Part shown: positions 17,440-27,891 of the stretch, piece after piece | Numbering within the stretch: position 1 is the stretch's first letter | How the letters are laid out: each line of letters opens with the position of its first letter | Source: Bacteroidales bacterium | GTDB lineage: Bacteria; Bacteroidota; Bacteroidia; Bacteroidales; F082 | Assembly (NCBI GenBank): GCA_045657145.1 | Contig: JAZOSK010000039.1 | Location: forward strand, 150 to 64,149 | Direction: 5' to 3' | Length of the DNA: 64,000 nucleotides | Made by a program: the position numbers and the translations under genes | Notes under the pieces: generated by a model | Seen by the model: the letters and a program-made list of their open reading frames with translations, nothing else | Database searches by the model: none | Told to the model about the DNA's origin: nothing

Positions 17440-18750
17440 ATGGACTGGAAATCATTGCTTTCTGCTGAAAGAGAATATAGCGACTACAAAAAAAGCGACA
17501 TCAGAAACGCATTTCAACGCGACTACGACAGAATTATATTTTCAAACATATTCCGTCGTTTGCAGAACAAAACCCAAGTATTTCCATTGCCAGGAAGCAA
17601 GATGGTCCACAACAGATTGACACATAGCCTAGAAGTAGCCAGCGTAGGCCGTTCTATAGCAAAAATCGTATCAAAAAAATTATGCGACAAGTATGGCAAC
17701 GACTTCCTTAATGAAATTTACGACATCGATACTATAGTGTCAGCATCATGCCTCGCACACGACCTTGGCAACCCTCCTTTTGGACACTCCGGAGAAGAGA
17801 CTATCAGCAGCTACTTCAAAGAAGGCCTCGGCAAAGAACTAGAAAGCCAAATACCAGAATATCAATGGTCCGACCTAATCGCTTTCGAAGGTAACGCCAA
17901 TGCTTTCAGACAACTGACACATCAATTCGCAGGAAGACGTCAAGGTGGAATGTCGCTCACATACGCCACTTTAGCTACTCTAATCAAATATCCATATCCT
18001 TCTTTTAACAAAAAAGGAAAAAAGAAATACAACATTTTCCACTCCGAAATAGATACATTCAAAAAAGTCATGGACGGATGCGGAATCGTTTGTCTTGACG
18101 AAGAGTCTTTGGCTTATGCTCGCCATCCGCTTTCATATATGATGGAAGCCGCCGACGACATCTGCTATCTAATACTCGACATGGAAGACGCTCACAAAAG
18201 AGGCATAGTCACAACTGAAAAAATAGATCATTTTTTCACCTCTTTCTTCAAAGAAAACGAAACATGGTTCTTCGACAGAAAAGATTTTATATACGAAACC
18301 GTAACCGACAACAACGAAAGAATGGCATTTTTAAGAGCCACTGCAATAAACAAGCTTGTAGATTGTGTTTCATCTGTATTTATCGATAATTACGACGCTA
18401 TCATGAATGGTTCATTCTGTAATAGCTTAGTCCATCATCTCCCCAATTTCGAAAACAACGCTCTGGAAAAATGCAGGGACTTCTCGCTAAAAAACATTTA
18501 CAAACATCCTTCTGTGGTAAAAGTCGAACTCACTGGCTTCAACGTCATCGGTGAATTACTCAACGAATTCGTCCAAGCTGCCGTTCATCCAGAAAAAACA
18601 TATAACAAAAAACTTCTGTCACTCATTCCTGAACAATTCAAAAACAATAATGAAGATTTATATTCTAGAATACAAGTGGTTTTGGATTATATATCAAATA
18701 TGACAGATCTTTATGCAGTCCAACTATATAAAGATCTAAAAGGAATGTAA
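17440..18750 (+). CDS. dgt: dGTPase-like deoxynucleoside triphosphate triphosphohydrolase (HD domain)
   Basis: 436 aa with RLTHSLEV and AHDLGNPPFGH HD-domain motifs. Confidence 0.9.
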   Translation: MDWKSLLSAEREYSDYKKSDIRNAFQRDYDRIIFSNIFRRLQNKTQVFPLPGSKMVHNRLTHSLEVASVGRSIAKIVSKKLCDKYGNDFLNEIYDIDTIVSASCLAHDLGNPPFGHSGEETISSYFKEGLGKELESQIPEYQWSDLIAFEGNANAFRQLTHQFAGRRQGGMSLTYATLATLIKYPYPSFNKKGKKKYNIFHSEIDTFKKVMDGCGIVCLDEESLAYARHPLSYMMEAADDICYLILDMEDAHKRGIVTTEKIDHFFTSFFKENETWFFDRKDFIYETVTDNNERMAFLRATAINKLVDCVSSVFIDNYDAIMNGSFCNSLVHHLPNFENNALEKCRDFSLKNIYKHPSVVKVELTGFNVIGELLNEFVQAAVHPEKTYNKKLLSLIPEQFKNNNEDLYSRIQVVLDYISNMTDLYAVQLYKDLKGM

Positions 18751-18756
18751 TACAAA

Positions 18757-18784
18757 TTGAAAGTTGAAAGTTGAAAGTTGAAAT
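18757..18784. repeat. Tandem heptamer TTGAAAG x3 plus TTGAAAT
   Basis: Read directly. It lies between the dgt stop (18750) and the next ATG (18795). The stretch 18754-18792 has no C on the + strand. Confidence 0.9.
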
Positions 18785-18794
18785 TTTTTTAACA

Positions 18795-20591
18795 ATGAAA
18801 AGGATTCTTCTGTTAATATTTTATACAAGCATCTTAGGTATATTTTCCACATCTTGTTCTAAAACAAGCATTTACTCTCAAGCAGAGACTCCTTATCATT
18901 TTGAAATATTAAAAACCATTAACGACACCATAACCAATAATCCAGAATATGCATTCAAACTAATCAAAAACATTGATAATCTGATTATTGAAAATGAATT
19001 TTCAACACAAGAATATCACGAATACCAAGTACTTTTATCTGAATCATACTACAAAAACTATTATAATCAAATAAATCACAACGAAGTTATCAATGCCTGT
19101 AACTATTTCGATAGTCTAACATCTTCATTCCCTAAAAATATTGAAATCATTTTCCTTAATTCCAAAGCGCTATATTACAAAGCCGTAGGATTTGAAGAAC
19201 TAGAAAAAACGAAAGATGCATTTAAAAGCTACCTGAATTCTCTCGAATTGTTAGACAACCTAAATCTTAACAAAAAGAAAATCAACAAAAAATTATTTAA
19301 CGAAATTCAACATTTCAAAGCATTGATTTACACACGACTTGGAGATATTTTATATTGGCACGACGTGCATGATGCCGCAATTGAATGTATCACAAACGCA
19401 AACAATTTATTTTACCTAGAAGAAAATCAAAATGCTTTATCCAGAAACAATATCATTTTAGCAGTAATTTATGGACTTAACTTCAATCACGACAAAGCAT
19501 TACATCACTTATCTGTCGCTGATTCAATATTAAAAATAAATAATGTCGGTGGTCCTTTAAAAAATGACATTGAAAGAATCAAAGCTTCTGTAATGTATCG
19601 CATCGGTTATAAGGAAGAAGCCTTCCATTCCGTTTTAAAACAATACAAGACCCTCGACAATCCTAAGCAAATAATGGAAGCAGCTGGTGTGCTAGGCGAC
19701 ATGTATTACAACAAAAAAATGTATGATTCGGCTATTTATTATTATGAAAAATACTTCCCCGACAATAAATATTCAAAAATCAATGCCGCAAATAACATTA
19801 TAGAAATCAGCATTATAACTGGAAATAATGAACTTATCACAAAATACGCTCCTTCTTTAGCCGAAGAAACGAACAAAGAGATAATGCTATCTTCAATAAA
19901 AACAGAACTAACATCATTATATCATCAATACTGCATTAAGAAAAATAATAACACTTTCTATAATAAAATATTTAAAAACCTGATTATCTTATCAATAATA
20001 ACAATTACTATATTCATTTTAGGTTTAAATACAATAAAACTTAGAAAGAAAAAATACAACAATGAAATCACACAAAAAAGCAACTACATAAATTCATTGC
20101 AAAAGAAAATCGAGAGAAAATCATCTGAAAACAAAAACATAAAACTACAGATGAAAAATCTTGAAGATGAAATTCTAGATATCAAGAACAAAAACAGGCT
20201 CGATTACGTCTCATTCGAACAAAAGATAGACTTGATGAAAAACGAGCCTATTTACAAAAAACTTTACGACATCAGTATCAACAACACAATAAAAACCAAT
20301 ACTTTATATCCTGATTTACAATTAAGTAACTTTGAACAAAAAGAATTAATCGAATTGTTCAACACGACTTTCGACAATGGTTTTAATAAAATAATCTCTG
20401 AATATCATGGTTTAAAGTACTATGACTTACTATATTTTTGTCTGTATATCATTGGCTTAGACGAGAAACACATTTCCGCTGTAACTGGCAAAACATACAA
20501 TGCAGTATGGAACCGTACCAAGAAAATACAGGAAATCCTCGGTAGTGACGATAAAATCAAAGATATTGTTAAGAGCAAGCTGAAATATTAA
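18795..20591 (+). CDS. Membrane-anchored TPR protein with a C-terminal HTH-like domain (putative one-component regulator)
   Basis: Lipoprotein-type signal (GIFSTSCSK), TPR-like N-terminal half, one TM helix (LIILSIITITIFILGL), a coiled-coil segment, and a C-terminal GLKYYDLLYFCLYIIGLDEKHISAVTGKTYNAVWNRTKKI. The start is moved to the ATG at 18795. Confidence 0.55.
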   Translation: MKRILLLIFYTSILGIFSTSCSKTSIYSQAETPYHFEILKTINDTITNNPEYAFKLIKNIDNLIIENEFSTQEYHEYQVLLSESYYKNYYNQINHNEVINACNYFDSLTSSFPKNIEIIFLNSKALYYKAVGFEELEKTKDAFKSYLNSLELLDNLNLNKKKINKKLFNEIQHFKALIYTRLGDILYWHDVHDAAIECITNANNLFYLEENQNALSRNNIILAVIYGLNFNHDKALHHLSVADSILKINNVGGPLKNDIERIKASVMYRIGYKEEAFHSVLKQYKTLDNPKQIMEAAGVLGDMYYNKKMYDSAIYYYEKYFPDNKYSKINAANNIIEISIITGNNELITKYAPSLAEETNKEIMLSSIKTELTSLYHQYCIKKNNNTFYNKIFKNLIILSIITITIFILGLNTIKLRKKKYNNEITQKSNYINSLQKKIERKSSENKNIKLQMKNLEDEILDIKNKNRLDYVSFEQKIDLMKNEPIYKKLYDISINNTIKTNTLYPDLQLSNFEQKELIELFNTTFDNGFNKIISEYHGLKYYDLLYFCLYIIGLDEKHISAVTGKTYNAVWNRTKKIQEILGSDDKIKDIVKSKLKY

Positions 20592-21127
20592 TATTTATTC
20601 CAACTACTCATCACATCTATAGGTTTTCTAACCTTCTCTCTTGTTGGAGTATCAGGATAACCGACGCTGATTAACAATGGTATACGTCTATTTTTTACGC
20701 CCAATATTTTCTTAATTTTCTTCTCATCAAACCATCCTATAATACACGTTCCTAGTCCTAAGTCTGCTGCTTGAAGACAAAATTGATTAACAGCAATTCC
20801 TATATCAAACAAACTATAGTCCTTATTCTTAATCATACTACCTATTGTAGACATAAAGTTCTGTTTTTCAAGGACAACAGCAACAAGTACAGGGCATTGA
20901 TGCGTAAACTTATTCATTCCCAGACCGATTGTACATTCTGCTATTTGCTCTTTCTTTTCAAAATCATCAACAACGACAAACTTCCATGGCTGTGAATTAT
21001 TTGCTGAAGGTGCAATTCTAGCAGTTTCCAAACACTGAATAATCTTTTCTCTTTCAACGGATTGTTCTTTATATTTTCTATCACTTTGGCGTATTTTTGC
21101 CAATTCTGAAAAACTTCTATTTTCCAT
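20588..21127 (-). CDS. Nitroreductase family protein
   Basis: 179 aa with RQSDRKY...APSANNSQPWKFVVV, typical of the NADH/flavin nitroreductase fold. Confidence 0.8.
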   Translation of the reverse strand: MENRSFSELAKIRQSDRKYKEQSVEREKIIQCLETARIAPSANNSQPWKFVVVDDFEKKEQIAECTIGLGMNKFTHQCPVLVAVVLEKQNFMSTIGSMIKNKDYSLFDIGIAVNQFCLQAADLGLGTCIIGWFDEKKIKKILGVKNRRIPLLISVGYPDTPTREKVRKPIDVMSSWNKY

Positions 21128-21148
21128 CGTATTAGTAACTATAGTTTA

Positions 21149-22201
21149 TTATTTATTTAATGTGTTTAAGTAGATATGTCTAAGTCCTTCTATATGTCTA
21201 TCTATAGAAAATATCTGTCTAGTCTCCTCTTTTACCACCTGCGAAATCATCTTATAATCTTCAAGATCCAACAAGACATCTCTTGATTTCATTGCGAAAT
21301 CCTTGTCATTATTATCTTCATACAATGTCGCATATTTGCCATTAGATGTAATTTCTCTAATCATTTCGCAATCATTGACAACGACATTAACACCAGACAA
21401 CATAGCCTCAACAACAGGTATTGCAATTGCTTCTCTTGCCGAATTATACACAAATAAATCCATTTGACTCAACAAGTTAGCGTCATCTTCTCTCCTACCC
21501 ATATAAGTAATATAATTATCAAGACCTTGTATCAAATAATAATATTTGCAGCTATCATAATTATCATCATATTCCTCAACTTGTCCGCCAGCAATTACAC
21601 AAGTAAAATTACGCCCTGTTCTTCTCAGTTTTTTAACCATTTTAAAGATGCTCATCATATCACGCTGCGGCGTAAAATCACCGATTGTACCGATTAAATA
21701 TCTAAGGTCATCTATAAAAAATTCATCTCTAATAGACTTATAATCAAAGTCATCAAATCTTTTAAAGCAAAAAGCATGATATAATTTTGAACATTTATAA
21801 GAGGCAATATCATACAAATTCATCAAATATTTCTTATGAGATTCCGATTGAAATATTATGTGATTAACACCCTTTAATACGGTTTTGTAAATATGATGCC
21901 TAACACCTTTCAGTTCATCATGGTAATAATAATCAGAATACACCACCTTCACTTTCAATTTCCCCACAATCTTCAGCAACAGATAAGCATCAGTATAATC
22001 ATAGACATGAATTATATCAATATTATTTTCTTTGATATAATTTCTAAGTTTAAATAAATTCACCAAGACATTTCCAGAAGACCACAAGCAAGGGAAAGTA
22101 AATATTCGGAAATCAGTTTTTTTTACATTCAATGAAACATCCAGTATCAGATTATTTATCTCGTATCGATATGGTATTGTATGTAAAAATAATATTCGCA
22201 T
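21149..22201 (-). CDS. Glycosyltransferase, GT4-like (GT-B fold)
   Basis: The start is moved to MRILFLH (22201) because the ORF-track extension runs into the tRNA gene. The C-terminal region YNSAREAIAIPVVEAMLSGVNVVVND resembles the GT4 E-x7-E region. Confidence 0.7.
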   Translation of the reverse strand: MRILFLHTIPYRYEINNLILDVSLNVKKTDFRIFTFPCLWSSGNVLVNLFKLRNYIKENNIDIIHVYDYTDAYLLLKIVGKLKVKVVYSDYYYHDELKGVRHHIYKTVLKGVNHIIFQSESHKKYLMNLYDIASYKCSKLYHAFCFKRFDDFDYKSIRDEFFIDDLRYLIGTIGDFTPQRDMMSIFKMVKKLRRTGRNFTCVIAGGQVEEYDDNYDSCKYYYLIQGLDNYITYMGRREDDANLLSQMDLFVYNSAREAIAIPVVEAMLSGVNVVVNDCEMIREITSNGKYATLYEDNNDKDFAMKSRDVLLDLEDYKMISQVVKEETRQIFSIDRHIEGLRHIYLNTLNK

Positions 22202-22239
22202 AATATAAAAAAAAATCCAGCTGTTAACCGGATTGCTTG

Positions 22240-22323
22240 TGCCCATGAGAAGACTCGAACTTCCAAGAGCTTAAGCTCACTACACCCTGAATGTAGCGTG
22301 TTTACCAATTTCACCACATGGGC
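22240..22323 (-). tRNA. tRNA-Leu (anticodon CAG)
   Basis: The reverse complement GCCCATGTGGTGAAATTGGTAAACACGCTACATTCAGGGTGTAG...TTCGAGTCTTCTCATGGGCA folds as a class II cloverleaf. The acceptor stem is 7 bp, the anticodon loop is TTCAGGG, and there is a long variable arm. No CCA is encoded. Confidence 0.9.
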
Positions 22324-22341
22324 TTTAAGCTTTTGGTATTG

Positions 22342-22425
22342 TGCCCAGGACAAGAGTCGAACTTGCACGACGCATTCGTCACCACCCCCTCAAAGTGGCG
22401 TGTCTACCAATTTCACCACCTGGGC
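22342..22425 (-). tRNA. tRNA-Leu (anticodon GAG)
   Basis: The reverse complement GCCCAGGTGGTGAAATTGGTAGACACGCCACTTTGAGGGGGTGG...TTCGACTCTTGTCCTGGGCA has the anticodon loop TTGAGGG and a long variable arm. No CCA is encoded. Confidence 0.9.
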
Positions 22426-22438
22426 TTTAAAAACGTTG

Positions 22439-22446
22439 CAAAGATA
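22439..22446 (-). promoter_or_regulatory. TAnnTTTG promoter box for the tRNA-Leu pair
   Basis: The minus strand reads TATCTTTG, 13 nt upstream of the tRNA-Leu(GAG) 5' end. The geometry matches the CAT-tRNA promoter at 39521. Confidence 0.55.
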
Positions 22447-22517
22447 CACGTTTTTTCAATACGTGCAACACTTTTTGCAACATTTTTTTATTTTTTTTAA
22501 ATATTTTTTATAACATC

Positions 22518-24173
22518 TTAATACTTAACAAGTTTTCTAGTTTGCAACATCTCTCCAGAAATAAGTTTAACAAAATAGACGCCTTCATTAAGATTTGACA
22601 AATAAGCGTTCATCTCAACAAGGTTATCATCATGATGTTCAGAACAATAAATCATTTTACCCATCACATCAAACACTTGAAAGCAAGTTTTTCCATCACA
22701 ATTAAGCTTCATTTTTACCATTCCATTTGAAGGATTTGGAAACACATCAAACAGAGATTTTTCATCAAAAATATCACTTTCTTCCAAATTTAGCATGTCA
22801 AGAGCTTTTTCAAAATCAGGGATTCCATATCCATATTCGCTATTTGGAGTTGAATAATTATCTGCAGATTCTTTTAAAACAGATCTTATCTTATTTTCTG
22901 GAACATCTGGATTTGCCTGCCAGAAACATGCCACCAATCCAGTTAAAGACGGCGTTGCGAATGAGGTTCCATTTCCCTCATAGAACCCTCCGCCAGGAGA
23001 AGCTACCGAGACCGAATAAGCGAAAGACATCAAATCTGGCTTAATCCTACCATCATATGTCGGTCCAATAGAACTAAAAACAGCCTTTTCACCATCTGCT
23101 TTAACACCACCTACTGTCAATACATTTTTTCCGTCGCCAGGAGCACCTATATAAGGAAAATAAGCATCACCCTCATTACCAGCTGCAACCACACACAAAA
23201 TTCCCCTCGAACTTGCGATTTCAGCACCTATTGTAATAACACAAGTTTCACCATCAAAATCACTATAGACGTGCGACATATTCTTATCATCAAAAGTAAT
23301 ATATCCCAACGATGTGTTAATAATATCAATACCAAGGCTATCCATAAACTCTGCTGCTGAGACCCAATTATATTCCTCTATAACATTTTCATTATTGACA
23401 TTCTCCGTTCTGCACAAAAAATAAGAAGCTTTAGGTGCTGTTCCAACATACGTATTAGGCAAATAACCTGCCATCAAGCCAAGACACGCCGTTCCATGAT
23501 GATCATCAGAATAAACGACACCATTTTTATATACAAAATCCTTTGTTCCCAAAAGCCTATTTTCATCTCTCATACTTCTAAACACATCATGAATATCAGC
23601 TCCTTGATAGCCACTATCGCAAATCCCTATCCAAACTCCTTCTCCCTGATATCCCATATCATGCAAAGCCAGACCATTCAAAAGCTCTATCTGAGTCAAT
23701 GCACTTCCATAATGATTACGAGATTCTGCCGCTTTAACAACACTTTCAATATTCATTTCCTGGAAGCTACTTCTTTCTTTTAACATTTGCTTAATAGGCT
23801 CATCATATAATGTACGAGTTTTTTTCACAAAAGGAAGACTTTCTATTGCATTCAACACCTCAATATCGCAAATTTCAATTGTCACGCCATTAAGCCATTT
23901 TGAAGGATTAAGAATCGTTGCGCCTGCATTTTTCACAGCTTCAATATAAGAAGGATTAACAGGAATATCCTTTTCATCTAAAGCAATACCATATTTAGTA
24001 CGTCTTTGTATCGCCCTTTCAGACAGAAATTCTTCTGGTTTATCAATGGAATAAGGTGTATTATTTTTATCAGAGAACTGCACCCAATATTTATCAGGAG
24101 CCACTTGCATTTGAGCCATCACACTAACACCAATAATTAATAGTATTATAAGTAAACAATGTCTTTTCATCAT
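22518..24173 (-). CDS. S8 (subtilisin-like) serine peptidase with a T9SS C-terminal sorting domain
   Basis: Signal peptide, catalytic triad contexts GICDSGY / HHGTACLG / [11 protein letters not shown], and a C-terminal FPNPSNG...GVYFVKL...KLVKY type-A sorting domain. Confidence 0.9.
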   Translation of the reverse strand: MMKRHCLLIILLIIGVSVMAQMQVAPDKYWVQFSDKNNTPYSIDKPEEFLSERAIQRRTKYGIALDEKDIPVNPSYIEAVKNAGATILNPSKWLNGVTIEICDIEVLNAIESLPFVKKTRTLYDEPIKQMLKERSSFQEMNIESVVKAAESRNHYGSALTQIELLNGLALHDMGYQGEGVWIGICDSGYQGADIHDVFRSMRDENRLLGTKDFVYKNGVVYSDDHHGTACLGLMAGYLPNTYVGTAPKASYFLCRTENVNNENVIEEYNWVSAAEFMDSLGIDIINTSLGYITFDDKNMSHVYSDFDGETCVITIGAEIASSRGILCVVAAGNEGDAYFPYIGAPGDGKNVLTVGGVKADGEKAVFSSIGPTYDGRIKPDLMSFAYSVSVASPGGGFYEGNGTSFATPSLTGLVACFWQANPDVPENKIRSVLKESADNYSTPNSEYGYGIPDFEKALDMLNLEESDIFDEKSLFDVFPNPSNGMVKMKLNCDGKTCFQVFDVMGKMIYCSEHHDDNLVEMNAYLSNLNEGVYFVKLISGEMLQTRKLVKY

Positions 24174-24264
24174 ATATTTTTATTTTTCGCAAATTTACAA
24201 TCTTTACTTCAATTCTTGAAGAATATTTTTCTTTTTAACATAATTAACAAACGACATATTTTCT

Positions 24265-24272
24265 TAATTTTG
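24265..24272 (+). promoter_or_regulatory. TAnnTTTG promoter box for trmD
   Basis: TAATTTTG lies 15 nt upstream of the ATG at 24288. Confidence 0.45.
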
Positions 24273-24287
24273 CAAAAAATATTTGAG

Positions 24288-24992
24288 ATGAGAATTGACA
24301 TTATCACAATTTTTCCGGAGATGTTCGAAGGACCTTTCACTGAATCTATTATCAAAAGAGCCATTCAAAAAGGTCTTGTTGAAATTCATTTACACAATCT
24401 GAGAGACTATAGCACGGACAAACACAAACGCGTTGATGATTATGCATTTTCTTCAGGTGCCGGAATGGTAATGATGATTGAACCTGTCGACAATTGCATA
24501 AGCAAATTAAAATCAGAAAGAGAATACGACGAAGTCATATATATGAGTCCTGACGGCGAGTTGTTGGCACAGCCTCTCGCAAACCAAATGTCGCTATACA
24601 ATAACATTATTATTTTATGCGGGCACTACAAAGGCATTGACGAACGCATCAGAGAACATCTCATCACAAAAGAAATTTCCATCGGCAACTATGTCTTATC
24701 TGGCGGCGAATTAGGTGCTGCAGTGTTAACAGACAGTTTGGTGCGCTTAATTCCTGGCGTTTTGAGTGATGAAACATCCGCTTTAAGCGACTCTTTTCAG
24801 AGCGGATTAGTATCTCCACCTGTCTACACTCGACCACGAGAATATAAAGGGTGGAACGTCCCTGAAATTCTACTCTCTGGCAACGACCTGATTATCAATG
24901 AATGGAAACTCAGCCAAGCTATTGAAAGGACAAAAGAAAGAAGACCAGAAATGTACGAATTATTGAAAAAAAATAATTCAAACAATTTGTAA
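24288..24992 (+). CDS. trmD: tRNA (guanine37-N1)-methyltransferase TrmD
   Basis: The canonical N-terminus [13 protein letters not shown] sets the start at 24288. The upstream part of the ORF-track frame is non-homologous. Confidence 0.95.
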   Translation: MRIDIITIFPEMFEGPFTESIIKRAIQKGLVEIHLHNLRDYSTDKHKRVDDYAFSSGAGMVMMIEPVDNCISKLKSEREYDEVIYMSPDGELLAQPLANQMSLYNNIIILCGHYKGIDERIREHLITKEISIGNYVLSGGELGAAVLTDSLVRLIPGVLSDETSALSDSFQSGLVSPPVYTRPREYKGWNVPEILLSGNDLIINEWKLSQAIERTKERRPEMYELLKKNNSNNL

Positions 24993-25011
24993 TTCGTATG
25001 CAAAAAGTTTG

Positions 25012-25019
25012 TATATTTG
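25012..25019 (+). promoter_or_regulatory. TAnnTTTG promoter box for rplS
   Basis: TATATTTG followed by CAC, ~55 nt upstream of the ATG at 25074. Confidence 0.45.
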
Positions 25020-25073
25020 CACACTTTTTTAAGGATAGGAATAAAGAACAAAAATTATATAATTATATCAGAA

Positions 25074-25433
25074 ATGAAGAACGCGTTAATTCAATTTGTT
25101 GAAGATCAAGTACAAGTTAAGGATTTTCCACAGTTTAAAGCTGGTGATACAATCACTGTAACTTACAAAATCGTTGAAGGTAATAAAGAACGTTTACAAA
25201 AATTCCAAGGCGTAGTTTTACAACGCTCAAGCGAAGGTTCACATGCAACTTTCACAGTTAGAAAGATTTCAGGTAACGTTGGTGTAGAAAGAATTTTCCC
25301 TATCTCTTCTCCAATGATTGAAAGCATCGAAAAGAATAAAGAAGGTGCTGTTAGAAGAGCTCGTATCTACTACCTCAGAGGTTTACGTGGTAAAAAAGCT
25401 CGTATTAAAGAAGCAGCTCGTAAAAGCAAATAA
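25074..25433 (+). CDS. rplS: 50S ribosomal protein L19
   Basis: FKAGDTITVTYKIVEGNKERLQKFQGVV...GVERIFPISSP is the conserved L19 core. The start is moved to the ATG at 25074. Confidence 0.95.
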   Translation: MKNALIQFVEDQVQVKDFPQFKAGDTITVTYKIVEGNKERLQKFQGVVLQRSSEGSHATFTVRKISGNVGVERIFPISSPMIESIEKNKEGAVRRARIYYLRGLRGKKARIKEAARKSK

Positions 25434-25455
25434 TAATTCTTTAACGATAAAGAAA

Positions 25456-25485
25456 ACAGCGTGAAAATTTCACGCTGTTTTTTTA
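25456..25485 (+). terminator. Rho-independent terminator of rplS
   Basis: ACAGCGTGAAA-A-TTTCACGCTGT palindrome followed by a T-run. Confidence 0.8.
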
Positions 25486-25511
25486 TTACACAATCCTAAT
25501 AAGCTAAATCA

Positions 25512-25547
25512 TAAAAAAAAAGAGCTGCGTTTTTACACAGCAGCTCT
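25512..25547 (-). terminator. Rho-independent terminator of rlmB
   Basis: The minus strand reads AGAGCTGC-(11-nt loop)-GCAGCTCT followed by a T-run. Confidence 0.7.
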
Positions 25548-25572
25548 CCCCTTAGCCTTTTGTCTTTTGCCA

Positions 25573-26307
25573 TTAACCCATTCTCTGTCTTACAACTTCA
25601 AAACAAATAATACCAGTAGCAACAGATACATTCAAAGAATCGATATCACCAGGCATTGGAATTAAAAGATGTTCGTCAGAACGTTTCAAATAAGCCTCGC
25701 TGATTCCGTCTTCTTCTGAACCCATCATAATAGCAACTGGAACATTCATATCCGACTCCCAGATATTCTTGCGACCTTTTTCAGAAATAGAAACGACTTT
25801 AACACCGCTGCTCTTCAAAAAGTCAATAGTATCTTTTATGTTATCAACACGACAAACATTGATATTCGACAATGCTCCAGCAGAAGTTTTCATCGCATCA
25901 CCATTGATTAATGCAGAACCACGTGACGGAATAACAATCGCATCAACGCCAGCCGCATAACAAGTACGAGCAATCGCTCCAAAATTACGAACATCTGTAA
26001 CTCTATCCAAAATAACAATAAACGGCATTCTACCTTCGTCATAAACCATCGGAACAACTTCTTCTATCAACTGATACGAAATCGGGCACACAAAAGCGAC
26101 AACACCTTGATGATTCTTTCTTGTCAAACGATTTAATTTTTCCAACGGAACATATTGAACTGGAATATTATGCGTACGCGCGTAATGAACAATTTCCGAA
26201 ATCTGAGGTGAACGCAAGCCTGTTTGAACGAAAATCTTCTCTATCTCTTTCTCTGCCTTAATCAACTCCTCCACAGGATGAAGTCCAAAAAACATATTAT
26301 TATTCAT
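25573..26307 (-). CDS. rlmB: 23S rRNA (guanosine-2'-O)-methyltransferase RlmB (SpoU/TrmH family)
   Basis: SpoU substrate-binding N-terminal domain plus the TrmH knot motifs (NFGAIARTCYAAGVD, GSEEDGIS, SLNVSVATGI). The start is moved to MNNNMFFG (26307). Confidence 0.85.
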   Translation of the reverse strand: MNNNMFFGLHPVEELIKAEKEIEKIFVQTGLRSPQISEIVHYARTHNIPVQYVPLEKLNRLTRKNHQGVVAFVCPISYQLIEEVVPMVYDEGRMPFIVILDRVTDVRNFGAIARTCYAAGVDAIVIPSRGSALINGDAMKTSAGALSNINVCRVDNIKDTIDFLKSSGVKVVSISEKGRKNIWESDMNVPVAIMMGSEEDGISEAYLKRSDEHLLIPMPGDIDSLNVSVATGIICFEVVRQRMG

Positions 26308-26493
26308 ATACCTTATATTATTAATTTCAATCGTACAAAAATAATAATTAAAACTCATTTTTCCCAATAAAAACGGCAACTCATTGAAAAGTTTTTACTA
26401 AATTGCAACGCTATTTTATGGTGAGCTTAGAACACTTCGCCCACTTTAATCAAAATAAGTTATAAAACATTAACAAACACTAATAATTTTTTT

Positions 26494-27393
26494 ATGAAAA
26501 AACTGTTACTCTCTTTAGCAATGATGCTTTTTGCATCACAAATGATTTTCGCTCAGGAAACAGAACAAAAATCATGGACACATGGCGGATTTGTCGGTTT
26601 TAACATCTCACAAAGCCACTTCTCCAATTGGACTGCCGGCGGACAAGACAATGTCAATGGTCTTGGAACATTCAAGTACAATATGAATTATTTAAAAGGC
26701 AAATCAAAGTGGGACAACACTTTAGATTTAGCTTTAGGTTACAGCTACTATGATTTAGATCAAAAACCATTAAAAACAGACGACCGCATCAACTTAAGTT
26801 CTTTATATGGTTTCGATGTTGTTAAAGACGAATTATATGTCACAGCAAACCTCAACTTCCAATCACAATTTGCAAACGGCTACGATTATAAGACCGACAG
26901 CACCAATAGAATTTCAGCATTCCTCGCTCCCGCTTATCTCACAGTAGGTATTGGTGCTCAATACGTCCCATCAAAATGGTTCTCATTAAACCTCGCTCCT
27001 GCTTCAGGAAGATTGACAATCGTTAACGACAAAGATTTATCTGCCAAAGGCGCATTCGGTGTTACTCCAGGCAAAATGTTCCGCATGGAACTCGGTGCTC
27101 AGTTGACAGCAAACATCAACTATGAAATCTTCAAAAACGTAACATTCACTTCAAAGCTTATCGTTTTCTACGACTATATGCAAACAAGAGACTTGAATGC
27201 CAATGGCGAAAAATACGGTTGCCGTTTAGATTTCGACTGGGACAACGCTTTAGTCATGAAAGTCAACAGCTGGTTAAACTGCAACGTAACGGCACGCTTG
27301 GTTTATGACGAAGACATCAAGCCTATTGAAGGTGATTCATTCTTACAATTCAAAGAAGTTCTCAGCATAGGCTTATCTTACAGAATTCCTTGA
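26494..27393 (+). CDS. DUF3078 family outer-membrane beta-barrel protein
   Basis: Signal peptide and the hallmark ISQSHFSNWTAGGQDN motif, with alternating beta-strand pattern through the rest. Confidence 0.75.
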   Translation: MKKLLLSLAMMLFASQMIFAQETEQKSWTHGGFVGFNISQSHFSNWTAGGQDNVNGLGTFKYNMNYLKGKSKWDNTLDLALGYSYYDLDQKPLKTDDRINLSSLYGFDVVKDELYVTANLNFQSQFANGYDYKTDSTNRISAFLAPAYLTVGIGAQYVPSKWFSLNLAPASGRLTIVNDKDLSAKGAFGVTPGKMFRMELGAQLTANINYEIFKNVTFTSKLIVFYDYMQTRDLNANGEKYGCRLDFDWDNALVMKVNSWLNCNVTARLVYDEDIKPIEGDSFLQFKEVLSIGLSYRIP

Positions 27394-27890
27394 TTATGAC
27401 TAAAATCGGTTTGTTATCAGACACACACGGCTGGGTTAACCCAAACATCTACGAGTTTTTCAAAGACTGCGATGAGATTTGGCATGCTGGCGACATTGGC
27501 AACGATGATGTTGCAATAGAATTAGCCGCTTTCAAAAAATTAAGAGCAGTATACGGCAACATCGATGATTGGGGAATACGAACCGATTTTCCTCAGTTTC
27601 AAATCTTTAACATAGAAGAAGTCAAAGTTGTGATGACGCATATCGGGGGCTATCCTAATGCGTATGCACCTGGGATTAAGCAGCTGCTTTTAGAAGAGAA
27701 ACCTGATATTTTTATCAGCGGACATTCTCACATTCTTAAAGTCATGCGCGACCAACAACTAGGATTGTTGCATTTAAACCCAGGAGCTGCAGGCCTAAAA
27801 GGCTTCCATAAAAAAGTCACTATGCTAAGATTTCAAATAGACGGCAAAGAAATAAGTAAAATGGAAATTTACGAAGCCGACAGATACTAA
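27390..27890 (+). CDS. YfcE/MJ0936-type metallophosphoesterase
   Basis: LLSDTHG, WHAGD and SGHSH metallophosphatase motifs in 166 aa. Confidence 0.85.
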   Translation: MIMTKIGLLSDTHGWVNPNIYEFFKDCDEIWHAGDIGNDDVAIELAAFKKLRAVYGNIDDWGIRTDFPQFQIFNIEEVKVVMTHIGGYPNAYAPGIKQLLLEEKPDIFISGHSHILKVMRDQQLGLLHLNPGAAGLKGFHKKVTMLRFQIDGKEISKMEIYEADRY

Positions 27891-27891
27891 T

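Noticed and set aside
22156-22513. ORFs 22156-22368 (-), 22298-22513 (+) and 22318-22500 (+)
   Set aside because: They overlap two well-folding tRNA-Leu genes and their promoter region and have no protein motifs.
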